A DNA stretch of 59,401 bases from an uncultured virus (IMG/VR IMGVR_UViG_3300002131_000106) (taxonomy: Duplodnaviria; Heunggongvirae; Uroviricota; Caudoviricetes): IMG/VR virus record IMGVR_UViG_3300002131_000106; one strand, written 5' to 3'. The notes under the pieces were generated by a model. The model ran no database searches, was not told where the DNA came from, and saw only the letters and a program-made list of their open reading frames with translations. Made by a program: the position numbers and the translations under genes. This document shows, piece by piece, positions 28,516-38,709 of this stretch; positions within the stretch are counted from its first letter, which is position 1; every line of letters starts with the position of its first letter.

Positions 28516-29266
28516 TTTTAAAAGGTCGCTACTTGCGGCTAACCTAGCTCAAGCCGCATATTGGATTGAAGACGAATCAAGCATTAGGACTAAAGAGCTT
28601 GGCCTTACAAAATCTAAACTAGTATCTAAAAAGGGTGCTGAAGTCCTTATTACTCAGTCCAAGACTGAATTGTGGTTTGCTTTTAGAGGGACAGAGCCTA
28701 CTAAGTTTAATGATGTTATGGCCGATCTAAAAGTTATTAAACATACAGCAAAAGCTGGTGGAAAGGTACACGGCGGATTCCAAGATGAGGTAAATGAGAT
28801 TTGGTCCGAGTGTCAGTTAGAGCTTGATAAAAATGATAACCTAAAGAACCCAAAAGAAGTATACATGTGCGGACATAGTCTTGGTGCTGCTATGGCTACA
28901 ATCGCTGCCAGCCGTTATAAAAATACGAAAGAACTGTATACGTTTGGATCACCAAGAGTTGGTGGTAAGAAATTTACAGATACCCTTTGTACTCCACATT
29001 ATAGATTTGTTAATAATAATGACATTGTTACTCGTGTCCCACCAACTCTATTGCGTTTTAGCCATGACGGCACCGAAATATACTTTAACGCTTATGGACT
29101 TATAAGAGCCCATAGTGGATGGCAAGGCGTAAAAGATACCTTTAGAGGCTTATGGGCTAACTGGAAATCAGGGGTATTCTTTGATTCATTCAGTGATCAT
29201 GGTATGGTTAATTATATCTCTTGCATAGAGAACGAATGTAAACTCGAAGATTCAAAAGGAGAATAG
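28499..29266 (+). CDS. lipase class 3 (alpha/beta hydrolase)
   Basis: AFRGTE, VHGGF, GHSLG nucleophile elbow, TFGSPRVG, DIVTRVP, terminal DH. Confidence 0.9.
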   Translation: MENKINFKRSLLAANLAQAAYWIEDESSIRTKELGLTKSKLVSKKGAEVLITQSKTELWFAFRGTEPTKFNDVMADLKVIKHTAKAGGKVHGGFQDEVNEIWSECQLELDKNDNLKNPKEVYMCGHSLGAAMATIAASRYKNTKELYTFGSPRVGGKKFTDTLCTPHYRFVNNNDIVTRVPPTLLRFSHDGTEIYFNAYGLIRAHSGWQGVKDTFRGLWANWKSGVFFDSFSDHGMVNYISCIENECKLEDSKGE

Positions 29267-29267
29267 G

Positions 29268-29504
29268 ATGTATTGGTTTCTACTTAAGTCAATCATGGGG
29301 TCACTTATCGGCAGTTCCTTTTACCAGTGGTGGCAAGGTACCAAGATGGGTATTTGGTCACAGAGCCGGTTAGATCAGTTTATGCAATATCTTGCTGATA
29401 AGTATCATATCGAGGTAGCAAAGAAAGACGCTAAATTTAAGAAGCAGTACCCACTCATACTAGAAAGGATCCAAGAGCTAGAAAGACTAACGATGAAAAA
29501 ATAA
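29268..29504 (+). CDS. hypothetical protein
   Basis: 78-aa ORF with RBS. Confidence 0.65.
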   Translation: MYWFLLKSIMGSLIGSSFYQWWQGTKMGIWSQSRLDQFMQYLADKYHIEVAKKDAKFKKQYPLILERIQELERLTMKK

Positions 29505-29512
29505 CTCCATAA

Positions 29513-29546
29513 GGGGGTTTACATTCCCCCCTATGTGTGGTATAAT
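29513..29546 (+). promoter_or_regulatory. early promoter
   Basis: GGGGG TTTACA N17 TATAAT. Confidence 0.8.
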
Positions 29547-29589
29547 ATATACTATTAAATAAAACAATAACGTTGGAAGCACCCTTTCT

Positions 29590-31878
29590 ATGCATATAAA
29601 AGTCACTAAAAGAGATGGGAAATCTCAAGATTTCGATTTAGAAAAGGTACACAAGGTTTTAGATTGGGCAACCAAAGACATAACCGGTGTATCCATCTCT
29701 GAGATTGAGATTAAATCTAATATTCAGTTGTACGATAAGATTCCAGCTTATGATATCCACGAGCTTCTTATCAAGAGCGCAGCAGAACTCATAAGCGAAA
29801 ACACCCCTAACTATCAATTTGTAGCAGCCCGCCTGGTTAACTATAAGCTTCGCAAAGAAGTATATGGTCAATATGAGCCGTGGGATTTAGTTAAGATTGT
29901 TGTTGAAAATGTGTCTTCTGGCGTTTATGATGGTGGTATAATGGAAAATTATACTAGGGAGGAGTTATTAGATCTTAACTCATATATTAAGCATGATCGA
30001 GATGATACCTTTACCTATGCAGGTATGGAACAGTTCAGAGGCAAATATCTAGTACAAGACCGAAAGACTAAACAAATCTTTGAAACCCCACAGATTCTTT
30101 ATATGATGATCTCAGCCACATTATTTTCAGATTATCCTAAAGAAAATCGACTAAAATACGTTAAGGATTATTATGATGCAATCTCCCAGTTTTACATCTC
30201 TCTCCCAACACCAATTATGGCAGGAGTTCGAACATCGACTCGTCAGTTTAGTTCCTGCGTACTCATCGAGTCTGGAGACTCCCTTGATAGTATCAATGCT
30301 ACTGCTAGCTCGATTGTTAAATACATAAGCAAAAAGGCTGGTATTGGAATTGGTGCTGGATCAATCCGTGCAGAAGGATCTAGAGTTGGTGATGGGTCTA
30401 TCGTTCATACAGGTCTTATACCTTTTCTAAAGTACTTCCAATCTGCGGTTAAGTCTTGCTCCCAAGGCGGTGTACGCGGTGGTGCAGCTACTGTATACCT
30501 ACCTATGTGGCACTATGAATTCGAAGACCTTGTAGTTCTAAAGAATAATAAAGGAACCGAAGAAAACAGAGTAAGACATATGGATTACTCTTTCCAATTG
30601 AATAAATTAATGTATGAGCGGTTACTCAGCGGTGGTAACATTACCTTTTTTGATCCAAACGATGTTCCCGGTCTATATGAAACATTTTTTAATGACCAAG
30701 ATAAGTTTAAGGCCTTATATGAAAAGTATGAAAAGACTCGGTCAATCCGCAAAAAGACATTGACAGCTTTGGAAGCCTTCTCCTCTTTGATTAGTGAAAG
30801 AAAAGATACTGGGCGAATCTATATTATGAATGTGGATCATGCAAATGATCATGGATCATTCGATCCAACAGTTGCACCGATTCGTATGAGTAACCTTTGT
30901 TGTGAAATTGATCTCCCCACCTCCCCTATGGACTCTCAAGATCCTGATTCTGGCGAAGTGTCATTATGCACTCTGTCTGCTATTAACTGGGGCTTAATTA
31001 ATACCCCTAGCGAGTTTGAAAAGTACTGCGACCTTAGCGTTAGAGCATTGGATCAGCTATTGGATTATCAAGATTACCCGATACTAGCAGCTCAACGTGG
31101 AACTATGAATCGAAGACCCCTTGGTATTGGCATTATCAATCTGGCTTACTTCCTTGCAAAGCGGGGCCTTAAGTATGATGAAGGCGCACTTAAAACAGTA
31201 GATGAATATGCAGAAGCATGGTCCTATTACCTAATTAAGGCTTCCTCAGATTTAGCCATAGAAAAGGGTAAAATACCTCTAAATGATCAAACCAAATACT
31301 CAAGTGGAACCTTGCCAATTGATACATACAAGAGTGCGATAGATAATTTAATAGAGCATACTGAAAGACTACCATGGGACAAGTTAAGGGACCAACTTCG
31401 TGAACACGGTATCCGAAATAGTACTCTCATGGCATTAATGCCTGCAGAAACATCCGCACAAATATCTAATAGTACTAATGGTATAGAACCACCTAGAGCA
31501 TTGGTATCTTATAAGCAAAGCAAAGATGGTGTCATGGCGCAGGTCGTTCCTGGTTATCATCATCTTAAAAACAAGTACGATCTCCTTTGGGACCAGAAGT
31601 CTCCTGACGGATACCTAAAGATCTGTGCAGTATTACAAAAATATATTGATCAAGGTATTTCTGTGAATACATCATATAACCCAGAGCATTATGAAGATAA
31701 CAAAATACCAATGTCAGAAATGATTAAAGACCTTGTTACTGCATATAAGTACGGTCTCAAGCAGTTGTATTACTTCAACACCCATGATGGTGCTGGTGAA
31801 TATAAAGATGATTTGCCTGATTTAAAACTAACAGAATATGAAGATGAAGAAGAAGATTGTGAGAGCTGTAAAATATGA
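29590..31878 (+). CDS. nrdA: ribonucleotide reductase class Ia alpha subunit
   Basis: ATP cone VTKRDG, SSCV, SNLCCEI, LYY, C-terminal CESC. Confidence 0.97.
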   Translation: MHIKVTKRDGKSQDFDLEKVHKVLDWATKDITGVSISEIEIKSNIQLYDKIPAYDIHELLIKSAAELISENTPNYQFVAARLVNYKLRKEVYGQYEPWDLVKIVVENVSSGVYDGGIMENYTREELLDLNSYIKHDRDDTFTYAGMEQFRGKYLVQDRKTKQIFETPQILYMMISATLFSDYPKENRLKYVKDYYDAISQFYISLPTPIMAGVRTSTRQFSSCVLIESGDSLDSINATASSIVKYISKKAGIGIGAGSIRAEGSRVGDGSIVHTGLIPFLKYFQSAVKSCSQGGVRGGAATVYLPMWHYEFEDLVVLKNNKGTEENRVRHMDYSFQLNKLMYERLLSGGNITFFDPNDVPGLYETFFNDQDKFKALYEKYEKTRSIRKKTLTALEAFSSLISERKDTGRIYIMNVDHANDHGSFDPTVAPIRMSNLCCEIDLPTSPMDSQDPDSGEVSLCTLSAINWGLINTPSEFEKYCDLSVRALDQLLDYQDYPILAAQRGTMNRRPLGIGIINLAYFLAKRGLKYDEGALKTVDEYAEAWSYYLIKASSDLAIEKGKIPLNDQTKYSSGTLPIDTYKSAIDNLIEHTERLPWDKLRDQLREHGIRNSTLMALMPAETSAQISNSTNGIEPPRALVSYKQSKDGVMAQVVPGYHHLKNKYDLLWDQKSPDGYLKICAVLQKYIDQGISVNTSYNPEHYEDNKIPMSEMIKDLVTAYKYGLKQLYYFNTHDGAGEYKDDLPDLKLTEYEDEEEDCESCKI

Positions 31879-32948
31879 TACTAAAGAAAAGTAAAAAATC
31901 CCATCTAGAAAAAAACATGTTCTTTGATGAAGCTGTTGATATAGCTCGCTATGATGAAATGAAACACCCGACACTTGATAAGATTACTGAAAAACAACTA
32001 GGATTCTTCTGGCGCCCAGAAGAGGTAGACATATCTAAAGATAAAAAAGACTTTAATGGTTTAACCGATCATGAGCAGCACATCTTTACCTCTAATCTCC
32101 GAAGACAGATCCTTTTGGATTCTGTACAAGGCAGAGCCCCTAATCTGGCATTCTTGCCTATTTGCTCATTACCAGAAGTAGAGAATTGGATAGAGACGTG
32201 GTCATTTTTTGAAACTATCCATAGTAGATCTTATACCCATATTATACGTAACATCTATCCTAATCCATCAATTGTATTTGATTCCTTATTAGATGTAAAA
32301 GAAATCATCGATTGTGCTGAAGATGTATCTGGGTATTATGATAACTTAATAGTGCATAATATATCAGGCATTAAGGGGTCTTACGAGCATAAGAAAAGAC
32401 TATGGATGGCAATGGTATCAGCCAATGCTTTAGAAGGTATTCGCTTTTACGTATCCTTTGCTTGTTCATGGGCATTTGCTGAACTCAAGAAGATGGAAGG
32501 TAACGCTAAGATTATTAAGTTTATTGCCAGAGATGAGAATACTCACCTAGCTAGTACTACCCATATGCTAAAAATGATGGTGAAAGAAGATCCAGACTTT
32601 GCTCGGATTGAGAAAGAAATGAATCCAGATATGATCGATCTTTTTGTTAATGTGATTGACCAAGAAAAAGCGTGGGCAAAATATCTATTTAAAGATGGAT
32701 CAATGATAGGTCTAAATGAGGCTATCTTGGGAAACTATGTTGAGTGGATTGGATGTAAGAGAATGAGAGCGCTGGGCTTAATATGTCCTTATACCACACA
32801 AAAGCAAAACCCATTGCCATGGACAGAAAAATGGATTGGTGGAGGTAATGTTCAGGTTGCTCCACAAGAAACTGAAATTACTTCTTATGTAACCGGTGGC
32901 GTGAAACAAGATGCCACACCAGAAACAATGGCTACGTTAAGCCTTTAG
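31875..32948 (+). CDS. nrdB: ribonucleotide reductase class Ia beta subunit
   Basis: FFWRPEE, ETIHSRSY, EGIRFYVSF, RDENTH, QVAPQETE. Confidence 0.97.
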   Translation: MILKKSKKSHLEKNMFFDEAVDIARYDEMKHPTLDKITEKQLGFFWRPEEVDISKDKKDFNGLTDHEQHIFTSNLRRQILLDSVQGRAPNLAFLPICSLPEVENWIETWSFFETIHSRSYTHIIRNIYPNPSIVFDSLLDVKEIIDCAEDVSGYYDNLIVHNISGIKGSYEHKKRLWMAMVSANALEGIRFYVSFACSWAFAELKKMEGNAKIIKFIARDENTHLASTTHMLKMMVKEDPDFARIEKEMNPDMIDLFVNVIDQEKAWAKYLFKDGSMIGLNEAILGNYVEWIGCKRMRALGLICPYTTQKQNPLPWTEKWIGGGNVQVAPQETEITSYVTGGVKQDATPETMATLSL

Positions 32949-32958
32949 GATAATAAAA

Positions 32959-33183
32959 ATGCTGATAGAGATATATAGTAAAGAGAATTGTGGATTCTGT
33001 GTACAGGCAATTGATAAAGCAAAGGCAGGCTCACATGATGTGAAAGTCAAAAAGCTAGGCATTGATTTTACTAGGGAAGAGCTATTTGAGATCTTTCCTG
33101 ATGCAAGAACCTTCCCACAGATTAAAGTAGATGGACTTTCAATCGGCGGTTGGAATGAATTTAGAAAATTAAAGGGAGTATAA
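32959..33183 (+). CDS. glutaredoxin
   Basis: CGFC, RTFPQI, IGGW. Confidence 0.9.
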   Translation: MLIEIYSKENCGFCVQAIDKAKAGSHDVKVKKLGIDFTREELFEIFPDARTFPQIKVDGLSIGGWNEFRKLKGV

Positions 33184-33326
33184 TGAAAAAGACTATTTCT
33201 TGCGAATATTGTTTTAAATTATCAATTATTGAATTAGAAGAAGACGAGGATATTATTGAGTTCTGCCCTTATTGTGGCGAGCTCCAAGACGAAGGAGACA
33301 TCGGCGAATTAGAAACCGATGAGTAG
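33183..33326 (+). CDS. small zinc-ribbon protein (47 aa)
   Basis: CEYC..FCPYCG; GGGAG RBS. Confidence 0.7.
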   Translation: MKKTISCEYCFKLSIIELEEDEDIIEFCPYCGELQDEGDIGELETDE

Positions 33327-33762
33327 AATGGAATGGCACAAAGACGGCACATTATGGCAACCGCCAGAAGAGTTCAATCCAGACGTCGTGTACGGTTTTG
33401 TTTACCTGATAACGAACTTAGTGGATCAAAAGAAATATGTTGGAAAGAAATTCTTCTGGAGCCAGAAGACCTTACCGATAACCAAGACGAGAAAACGAAA
33501 AAAGAAGATTAAAGTCGAGTCTGATTGGCGTACGTATTACGGATCTAGCAAGCATCTTGTAAATGACATTGAAAAGCATGGGATAGAAAACTTCTCTAGG
33601 GAAATACTACACCTATGCCAGACCAAGGGAGTGTTATCTTACATGGAGATGAAGGAACAAGTAGAACGAGGCGTGCTACTAACAGATCAATACTATAATG
33701 GTATTATCCAATGCAGGATAGGATCCAATAGTGTTAAACCTTTAATAAAAATATCTGACTAG
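33319..33762 (+). CDS. GIY-YIG family endonuclease
   Basis: GFVYLITN..KYVGKK, YYGSS, YYNG. Confidence 0.8.
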   Translation: MSRMEWHKDGTLWQPPEEFNPDVVYGFVYLITNLVDQKKYVGKKFFWSQKTLPITKTRKRKKKIKVESDWRTYYGSSKHLVNDIEKHGIENFSREILHLCQTKGVLSYMEMKEQVERGVLLTDQYYNGIIQCRIGSNSVKPLIKISD

Positions 33763-33795
33763 GGGGTTTACATTCCCCCATAACTGTGGTATAAT
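33762..33795 (+). promoter_or_regulatory. early promoter, probably leaderless transcript
   Basis: TTTACA N17 TATAAT; ATG 7 nt after the -10. Confidence 0.8.
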
Positions 33796-33801
33796 AGACC
33801 C

Positions 33802-34146
33802 ATGGCAAAAATACTAAAGTTTCCAACAAAAGAAGAAATCTCAGATAGAAAGAAAGATCTAGATGAAGACGCATATTATGAATACTGTGAAGTTCTTACA
33901 GATATCGCTATAAGTTTTTCTGAGTATATGTATAATATTTTGGCTGATGAACTGGATGATGCAGAGATGGGGATCGACATAGATGACCCTGAATCTAAAG
34001 CCTCCGAGGATGCTCATGTTATTATCAATATGCTTTGTTCTATGATCCTAAGACACAGCGGAATGGTACATCACCTCCAGCCAAATCTAGATGAGGTGTA
34101 CAATAAAATAATTAATGTTAGTGATGAACATGAGGAAGACCTTTGA
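33802..34146 (+). CDS. acidic hypothetical protein
   Basis: MAKILKFP start. Confidence 0.7.
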   Translation: MAKILKFPTKEEISDRKKDLDEDAYYEYCEVLTDIAISFSEYMYNILADELDDAEMGIDIDDPESKASEDAHVIINMLCSMILRHSGMVHHLQPNLDEVYNKIINVSDEHEEDL

Positions 34147-35000
34147 TATTATTAGATTATAGTCAAATTGCATTAAGTAACATTATAATGCAAAAGTTAA
34201 ACGATGAAGATATGATTCGTCATATGGTTCTAAACAGCATCCGCATGTACAATAAAAAATATAGGGATCAATATGGCCAGATGGTTATATGCTGTGATGG
34301 GTCAAACTATTGGCGCAAAGAATTCTTCCCAAATTATAAAGGTGCTAGAAAAAAGAAAAGGGAAGACGATTCATTGGATTGGTCAGAAATCTTCCGGGTA
34401 CTTAATCTAGTTAGGGAAGAGCTAAAAGAAAACTTTCCTTATAAGGTACTTCATATAGACAAATGTGAAGCAGATGATGTGATTGGAGCATTAGCTATTA
34501 ACACCCAGGAGTTTGGCGAGCACGAGCCTGTCATGATCGTTTCATCTGATAAAGATTTTATTCAGCTCCAGAAATATAAAAATGTTAGCCAGTTTTCACC
34601 TATCCAAAAGAAACAAGTAACAGACCCTAATCCTAGGACTTATTTGTTTAATCATATCATGCGCGGGGATCAGGGTGATGGAATCCCTAATGTTTTATCA
34701 TGGGATGATACCTTTATGGTTGAAGGACTAAAACAAAATCAGCTAAGGCAGACGCGTATTGACGAGTGGGCAGAAAATTCAGATGATCTGAGGTCTTGTA
34801 TGGATGATACCATATATCGCAACTATCAAAGAAATCTTAAACTAATCGACCTAGATCAAATTCCTAAAGAGATCCATGAAACTATTATAAATAACTTTAA
34901 GAGCCAGAAACTTCCGATGAAGATGAAGGTCTTAAACTATTTAATTAAAAAACGATGTAATAACTTGATTGAAGTCGTGGAGGAATTTTACAACAAATGA
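34143..35000 (+). CDS. rnh: T4 RNase H-like 5'-3' exonuclease
   Basis: ILLDYSQ, WRK..YK..R, EADD, SSDKDF.QL, GD..DGIPN. Confidence 0.92.
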   Translation: MILLDYSQIALSNIIMQKLNDEDMIRHMVLNSIRMYNKKYRDQYGQMVICCDGSNYWRKEFFPNYKGARKKKREDDSLDWSEIFRVLNLVREELKENFPYKVLHIDKCEADDVIGALAINTQEFGEHEPVMIVSSDKDFIQLQKYKNVSQFSPIQKKQVTDPNPRTYLFNHIMRGDQGDGIPNVLSWDDTFMVEGLKQNQLRQTRIDEWAENSDDLRSCMDDTIYRNYQRNLKLIDLDQIPKEIHETIINNFKSQKLPMKMKVLNYLIKKRCNNLIEVVEEFYNK

Positions 35001-35434
35001 GCAATGATAAACGAACCCTACTATTACCAGAGGTATTTGAAAAGGCCTCTAAAATTATTTCCAAGAAAGAAAGAATTGACTTTCTCAGAGCAAATAACTC
35101 TGCACCGCTTAGAGATATCCTAAGGATCCAGTATGATCCTACCGTTGTATCCCAGCTGCCCGAAGGAGAACCCCCATACAAAAAAGACGATGGTGTCTAT
35201 GGGTATAGTCCATCAAGCCTTCATAAAGAATACAAAATGTTTAAGTATTTTTTTAAAGGCGGGTCCGATATTGATCAGATGAAGCGAGAAAAGATGTTTA
35301 TTAATCTTTTAGAGTCGGTTCATCCTGATGAAGCAGACATCCTGATTAAAGCTAAAGACCGACAACTAGATATAAAGGGTCTAAGCAAAATCCTAGTTAA
35401 AGAGGCATTCCCGAATCTAATAAAAGAAAAATAG
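34997..35434 (+). CDS. conserved T4-like hypothetical protein
   Basis: LPEGEPPY, REKMFINLLE.VHP.EA. Confidence 0.75.
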   Translation: MSNDKRTLLLPEVFEKASKIISKKERIDFLRANNSAPLRDILRIQYDPTVVSQLPEGEPPYKKDDGVYGYSPSSLHKEYKMFKYFFKGGSDIDQMKREKMFINLLESVHPDEADILIKAKDRQLDIKGLSKILVKEAFPNLIKEK

Positions 35435-35508
35435 GAGGTGTAACCCCAGAAGAAACCTATATTATGATAGTTTCAATTAACAACTACACTCAGATAAGGA
35501 ACATGCTT

Positions 35509-35685
35509 ATGGAAGGTATACAAATTGAACGTCTCAAAAAAGATAAGAATGAGGCAATGTACTATCGTAAAAGATTAATAAAAAAAGGGAAAGATGTTCT
35601 AGCATATAAAATGGCTAAGAAGATTGAGCATCTCGATTATCATATTAATCAAATGGAAACCTTCACAGGGGGAGCTTACCACTAA
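35509..35685 (+). CDS. small basic hypothetical protein
   Basis: AAGGA RBS; start uncertain. Confidence 0.55.
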   Translation: MEGIQIERLKKDKNEAMYYRKRLIKKGKDVLAYKMAKKIEHLDYHINQMETFTGGAYH

Positions 35686-35786
35686 TAAATGTTTATGGGT
35701 TAAACCTGAACATTGGGGGTTATTCTCTATAAATGGGAATTATCCCCAACACCACCTATATAACCATTCAAAAAGAAAAATATATT

Positions 35787-36083
35787 ATGCCGAACCAATT
35801 TGATCCGAAAGAACTAGAAAACTCCAAAAGAATATTTAAGTCTGCTACGCCTAAGTACACATTAGATTGGTATTTAAAGTGGGTAGCAAGTATCCTAATG
35901 CTAATAGCTATGGCCTTAAGAGGTATACCAGACCTTGTGCTGGTAGACATATCCATATCTTTAGTTGGCATTTCTTTATGGCTGTGGGTATCAATCTTAT
36001 GGAAGGATCGAGCTCTTATACTGGTAAACGGCGTAGGACTTGTACTACTACTTAAAAATTTTATAGTAAGTTATTACTCATAA
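35787..36083 (+). CDS. small multi-TM membrane protein
   Basis: DWYLKW followed by three hydrophobic segments; WKDRALI..N. Confidence 0.7.
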   Translation: MPNQFDPKELENSKRIFKSATPKYTLDWYLKWVASILMLIAMALRGIPDLVLVDISISLVGISLWLWVSILWKDRALILVNGVGLVLLLKNFIVSYYS

Positions 36084-36084
36084 A

Positions 36085-36117
36085 GGGGTTTACTTTGTTG
36101 CCTAACTATGGTATAAT
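36085..36117 (+). promoter_or_regulatory. early promoter
   Basis: GGGG TTTACT N17 TATAAT. Confidence 0.75.
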
Positions 36118-36150
36118 GATTACATATATTAAAAAAAGAGATCTGGTACT

Positions 36151-36717
36151 GTGAATATATTTATTTTAAACGAAGACCCTGTTATTGCCGCTCAAGAGCA
36201 GTGCGATAAGCATGTAGTAAAAATGATCCTGGAATCTGCCCAAATGCTATCCACGGCACACCGTATTCTGGATGGATCAGAGACTCGCATGCCATCTAAG
36301 TCTGGCAAGACAATGTCCAAGTATTGGGTACTGCCTGATCCCGAAAAAGAAAATTTATTTTATAAGGCAGTCCATGCAGGTCATCCATGTACTGTATGGA
36401 CCATGGAGTCTGTTTCAAATTATAATTGGCACTATAAACATTTTGTAGCACTTTGCCGAGAATATACATATAGGTATGGTAAGATACATAAGAGTGATAA
36501 AGATTTATTAGGACCATTATGTTCTCCACCCAGAAATATTTCAAGAGGCAGACTTACTCCTTTTAAATTAGCCATGGGTGCTGCACCAGAATGTATGTTT
36601 CCTGATAGACCTGTAGAGTCATATCAAAAATTTTATCAAACAAAACAGGAAAGGTTCAAGATGAGCTGGACCAAACGGGATATACCAGGGTGGTTTACAA
36701 CATATGCCAACATATGA
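36151..36717 (+). CDS. pyrimidine-dimer DNA glycosylase-like protein
   Basis: MNIF.L, CDKHVVKMILESAQML, HPCT.W, EY.YRYGK.H. Confidence 0.7.
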   Translation: MNIFILNEDPVIAAQEQCDKHVVKMILESAQMLSTAHRILDGSETRMPSKSGKTMSKYWVLPDPEKENLFYKAVHAGHPCTVWTMESVSNYNWHYKHFVALCREYTYRYGKIHKSDKDLLGPLCSPPRNISRGRLTPFKLAMGAAPECMFPDRPVESYQKFYQTKQERFKMSWTKRDIPGWFTTYANI

Positions 36718-36952
36718 TTTTAAAAATAAAGAGACCGGAGAGATAGTTACTAAAAATTTATCTTTCTCTGGTAAAGACGAGTATCTAGAAGCAAACCCTT
36801 ATATGACACAGGTGCATCTTTCTTCACCAAAGCTTATAAGAAATTCAGATGGGGATGTACTGAAAGCAGCCGGAGATGGCTGGAAGGATGTACAAAATAG
36901 AATTAAAAGTGGCATGCCACCTAGACTAAGGGATAACATTCGAACCAAATGA
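36704..36952 (+). CDS. FmdB-like hypothetical protein
   Basis: MPTYDF..TGE..NP..DGWKDV. Confidence 0.6.
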   Translation: MPTYDFKNKETGEIVTKNLSFSGKDEYLEANPYMTQVHLSSPKLIRNSDGDVLKAAGDGWKDVQNRIKSGMPPRLRDNIRTK

Positions 36953-37671
36953 CCTACCAACAGCAAAGTAATAATAACAGCAAGAAGCCAAGCAAACTAA
37001 GAGTAGAGCATCTAGCCAAACTAGAACCTCTTACTCCAGCCCAGAAGAAGGTATTTGATGTATATGCCTCTGGTGATACCAACCTATGCCTATCAGGCTC
37101 AGCCGGCACTGGTAAAACTTTTATATCTCTCTATCTTGCATTAGAAGAAATGCTCGAAGCACGGAGTACATATAAAAAAATTATTATTGTCCGCTCAGCA
37201 GTTCCAACAAGGGACATGGGATTCTTACCAGGAACCAAAGAAGAGAAGGAAGATGCCTATGTAGCACCATATAAGGCAATTGTAAATGATCTCTTTGATG
37301 ATAGAGAAGCATGGCTAAAGCTCCTAGCATTCAATAGTATAGAGTTCCTAACCACATCTTTCATTCGCGGCATCACACTCAATGATTGTATTATCATAGT
37401 AGATGAGATGCAAAACTGTAACTATCACGAACTATGCTCAGTCATATCACGTGTAGGTAATAACTGTAGATTTATTATGTGTGGGGACTACTATCAGTCA
37501 GACTTCACAAGAAAAGGTGACCAGGACGGTATCCTAGACTTCATCCAGATCATTGAGAATATGAAGTACTTCGAGCACATTGAATTCCATTGGGAAGATA
37601 TTGTAAGAAGTAGTATGGTAAGGGACTTCATCATGACCAAAGAACTCTTCGAAAAGAAGAAGAAAAGGTAG
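36949..37671 (+). CDS. phoH: PhoH-like ATPase
   Basis: GSAGTGKT, GFLPG, FIRG.T, DEMQN, GDYYQSD, DIVRS. Confidence 0.93.
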   Translation: MTYQQQSNNNSKKPSKLRVEHLAKLEPLTPAQKKVFDVYASGDTNLCLSGSAGTGKTFISLYLALEEMLEARSTYKKIIIVRSAVPTRDMGFLPGTKEEKEDAYVAPYKAIVNDLFDDREAWLKLLAFNSIEFLTTSFIRGITLNDCIIIVDEMQNCNYHELCSVISRVGNNCRFIMCGDYYQSDFTRKGDQDGILDFIQIIENMKYFEHIEFHWEDIVRSSMVRDFIMTKELFEKKKKR

Positions 37672-37682
37672 GAGCACCCATC

Positions 37683-37886
37683 ATGAATGGTAAAGGCAGT
37701 AAGCAACGCCCAACAGATACTAAAAAATATAATGATAACTATGATAGTATCTTTATAAAGAAGAAGAAAGAGATCTGGCAACAACTCGATCTCTTCTATG
37801 ATAATCATAAGGAGGAGGAAGAGACAAGCGTTCCAAAAGACTATAGAGAGGTACAATCTAGTATGACGGACCTCAATTGGGATTAG
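37683..37886 (+). CDS. hypothetical protein
   Basis: GKGSKQRP..YNDNYD.IF; AGGAG RBS. Confidence 0.6.
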   Translation: MNGKGSKQRPTDTKKYNDNYDSIFIKKKKEIWQQLDLFYDNHKEEEETSVPKDYREVQSSMTDLNWD

Positions 37887-37924
37887 CAAACAAAAAATTT
37901 TAAAATCATTAAAAACGATAAGGA

Positions 37925-38611
37925 GTGAGTGAGAGCGTGTTTAAACATGAAGCAGTAGATCTAGGGTATAATGACCTTATAGCGGAGACAGGAGCAAAGG
38001 GTAGGGTGTATAATACGCCAGACGGGCAACAGTATCCATCTATAACTACTGTTCTGTCGATCCTTAACGAAGAGCATATCCAGAAGTGGAGAGCACGTGT
38101 AGGGGATGAGGAAGCGAATAAGATATCCTATAGAGCATCTACACGTGGTACAGCGGTGCATTCTCTCTTAGAGAAGTACGTGGACAATGATCCGAATCAC
38201 CTCGAAGGGTTCATGCCTAATGTGATCGGATCCTTTCAGGACGTGCGACCTATCCTTGATCGATGTCTTACTACTGTCTATGCACAGGAGGCACCTTTAT
38301 ACTCTCAGCACCTGGGAGTGGCAGGTAGAGTAGACTGTGTAGGTGTCTGGGATGGTAAGCCTTCTATCATAGACTATAAGACAGCTGCTAAGCCTAAGAG
38401 AAAGGATTGGATTACTAACTACTTCATACAGTGCTGTGCCTATGCTATTATGTGGGAGGAGAGGACCGGACAGGCTATCACACAACTTGTTATTCTGATT
38501 GCAGTAGATGGTAGTGAGCCACAGGTCTTTATTGAGCATAGGGACAATTGGGATAAGCAACTTATTGCTACTATTAACGAGTATAAGAGGCGTAAGCTAT
38601 TCGGTAGGTAG
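37925..38611 (+). CDS. PD-(D/E)XK exonuclease (RecB/Cas4-like)
   Basis: YPSITTVL, RGTAVH, AGRVD, IIDYKT, Q..AYA. Confidence 0.85.
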   Translation: MSESVFKHEAVDLGYNDLIAETGAKGRVYNTPDGQQYPSITTVLSILNEEHIQKWRARVGDEEANKISYRASTRGTAVHSLLEKYVDNDPNHLEGFMPNVIGSFQDVRPILDRCLTTVYAQEAPLYSQHLGVAGRVDCVGVWDGKPSIIDYKTAAKPKRKDWITNYFIQCCAYAIMWEERTGQAITQLVILIAVDGSEPQVFIEHRDNWDKQLIATINEYKRRKLFGR

Positions 38612-38622
38612 GGTGTACTTAT

Positions 38623-38678
38623 TATTCCAAAATAGTCTATCCAAAGGGGTATACAAGGCATCTGTACTAGTGTATAAT
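38623..38678 (+). promoter_or_regulatory. promoter with upstream TATTCCAAAA box
   Basis: GGGG TATACA N17 TATAAT. Confidence 0.7.
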
Positions 38679-38709
38679 GGTCCTATAAATTAAAAAAGGT
38701 ATCTACATT

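Noticed and set aside
33319..33762. Intron-encoded homing endonuclease near nrdB
   Set aside because: nrdA and nrdB are uninterrupted and the GIY-YIG ORF is free-standing and short
37925..38611. Cas4 of a CRISPR system
   Set aside because: No other cas genes or array; lacks the four-Cys cluster pattern; typical phoH-linked phage exonuclease
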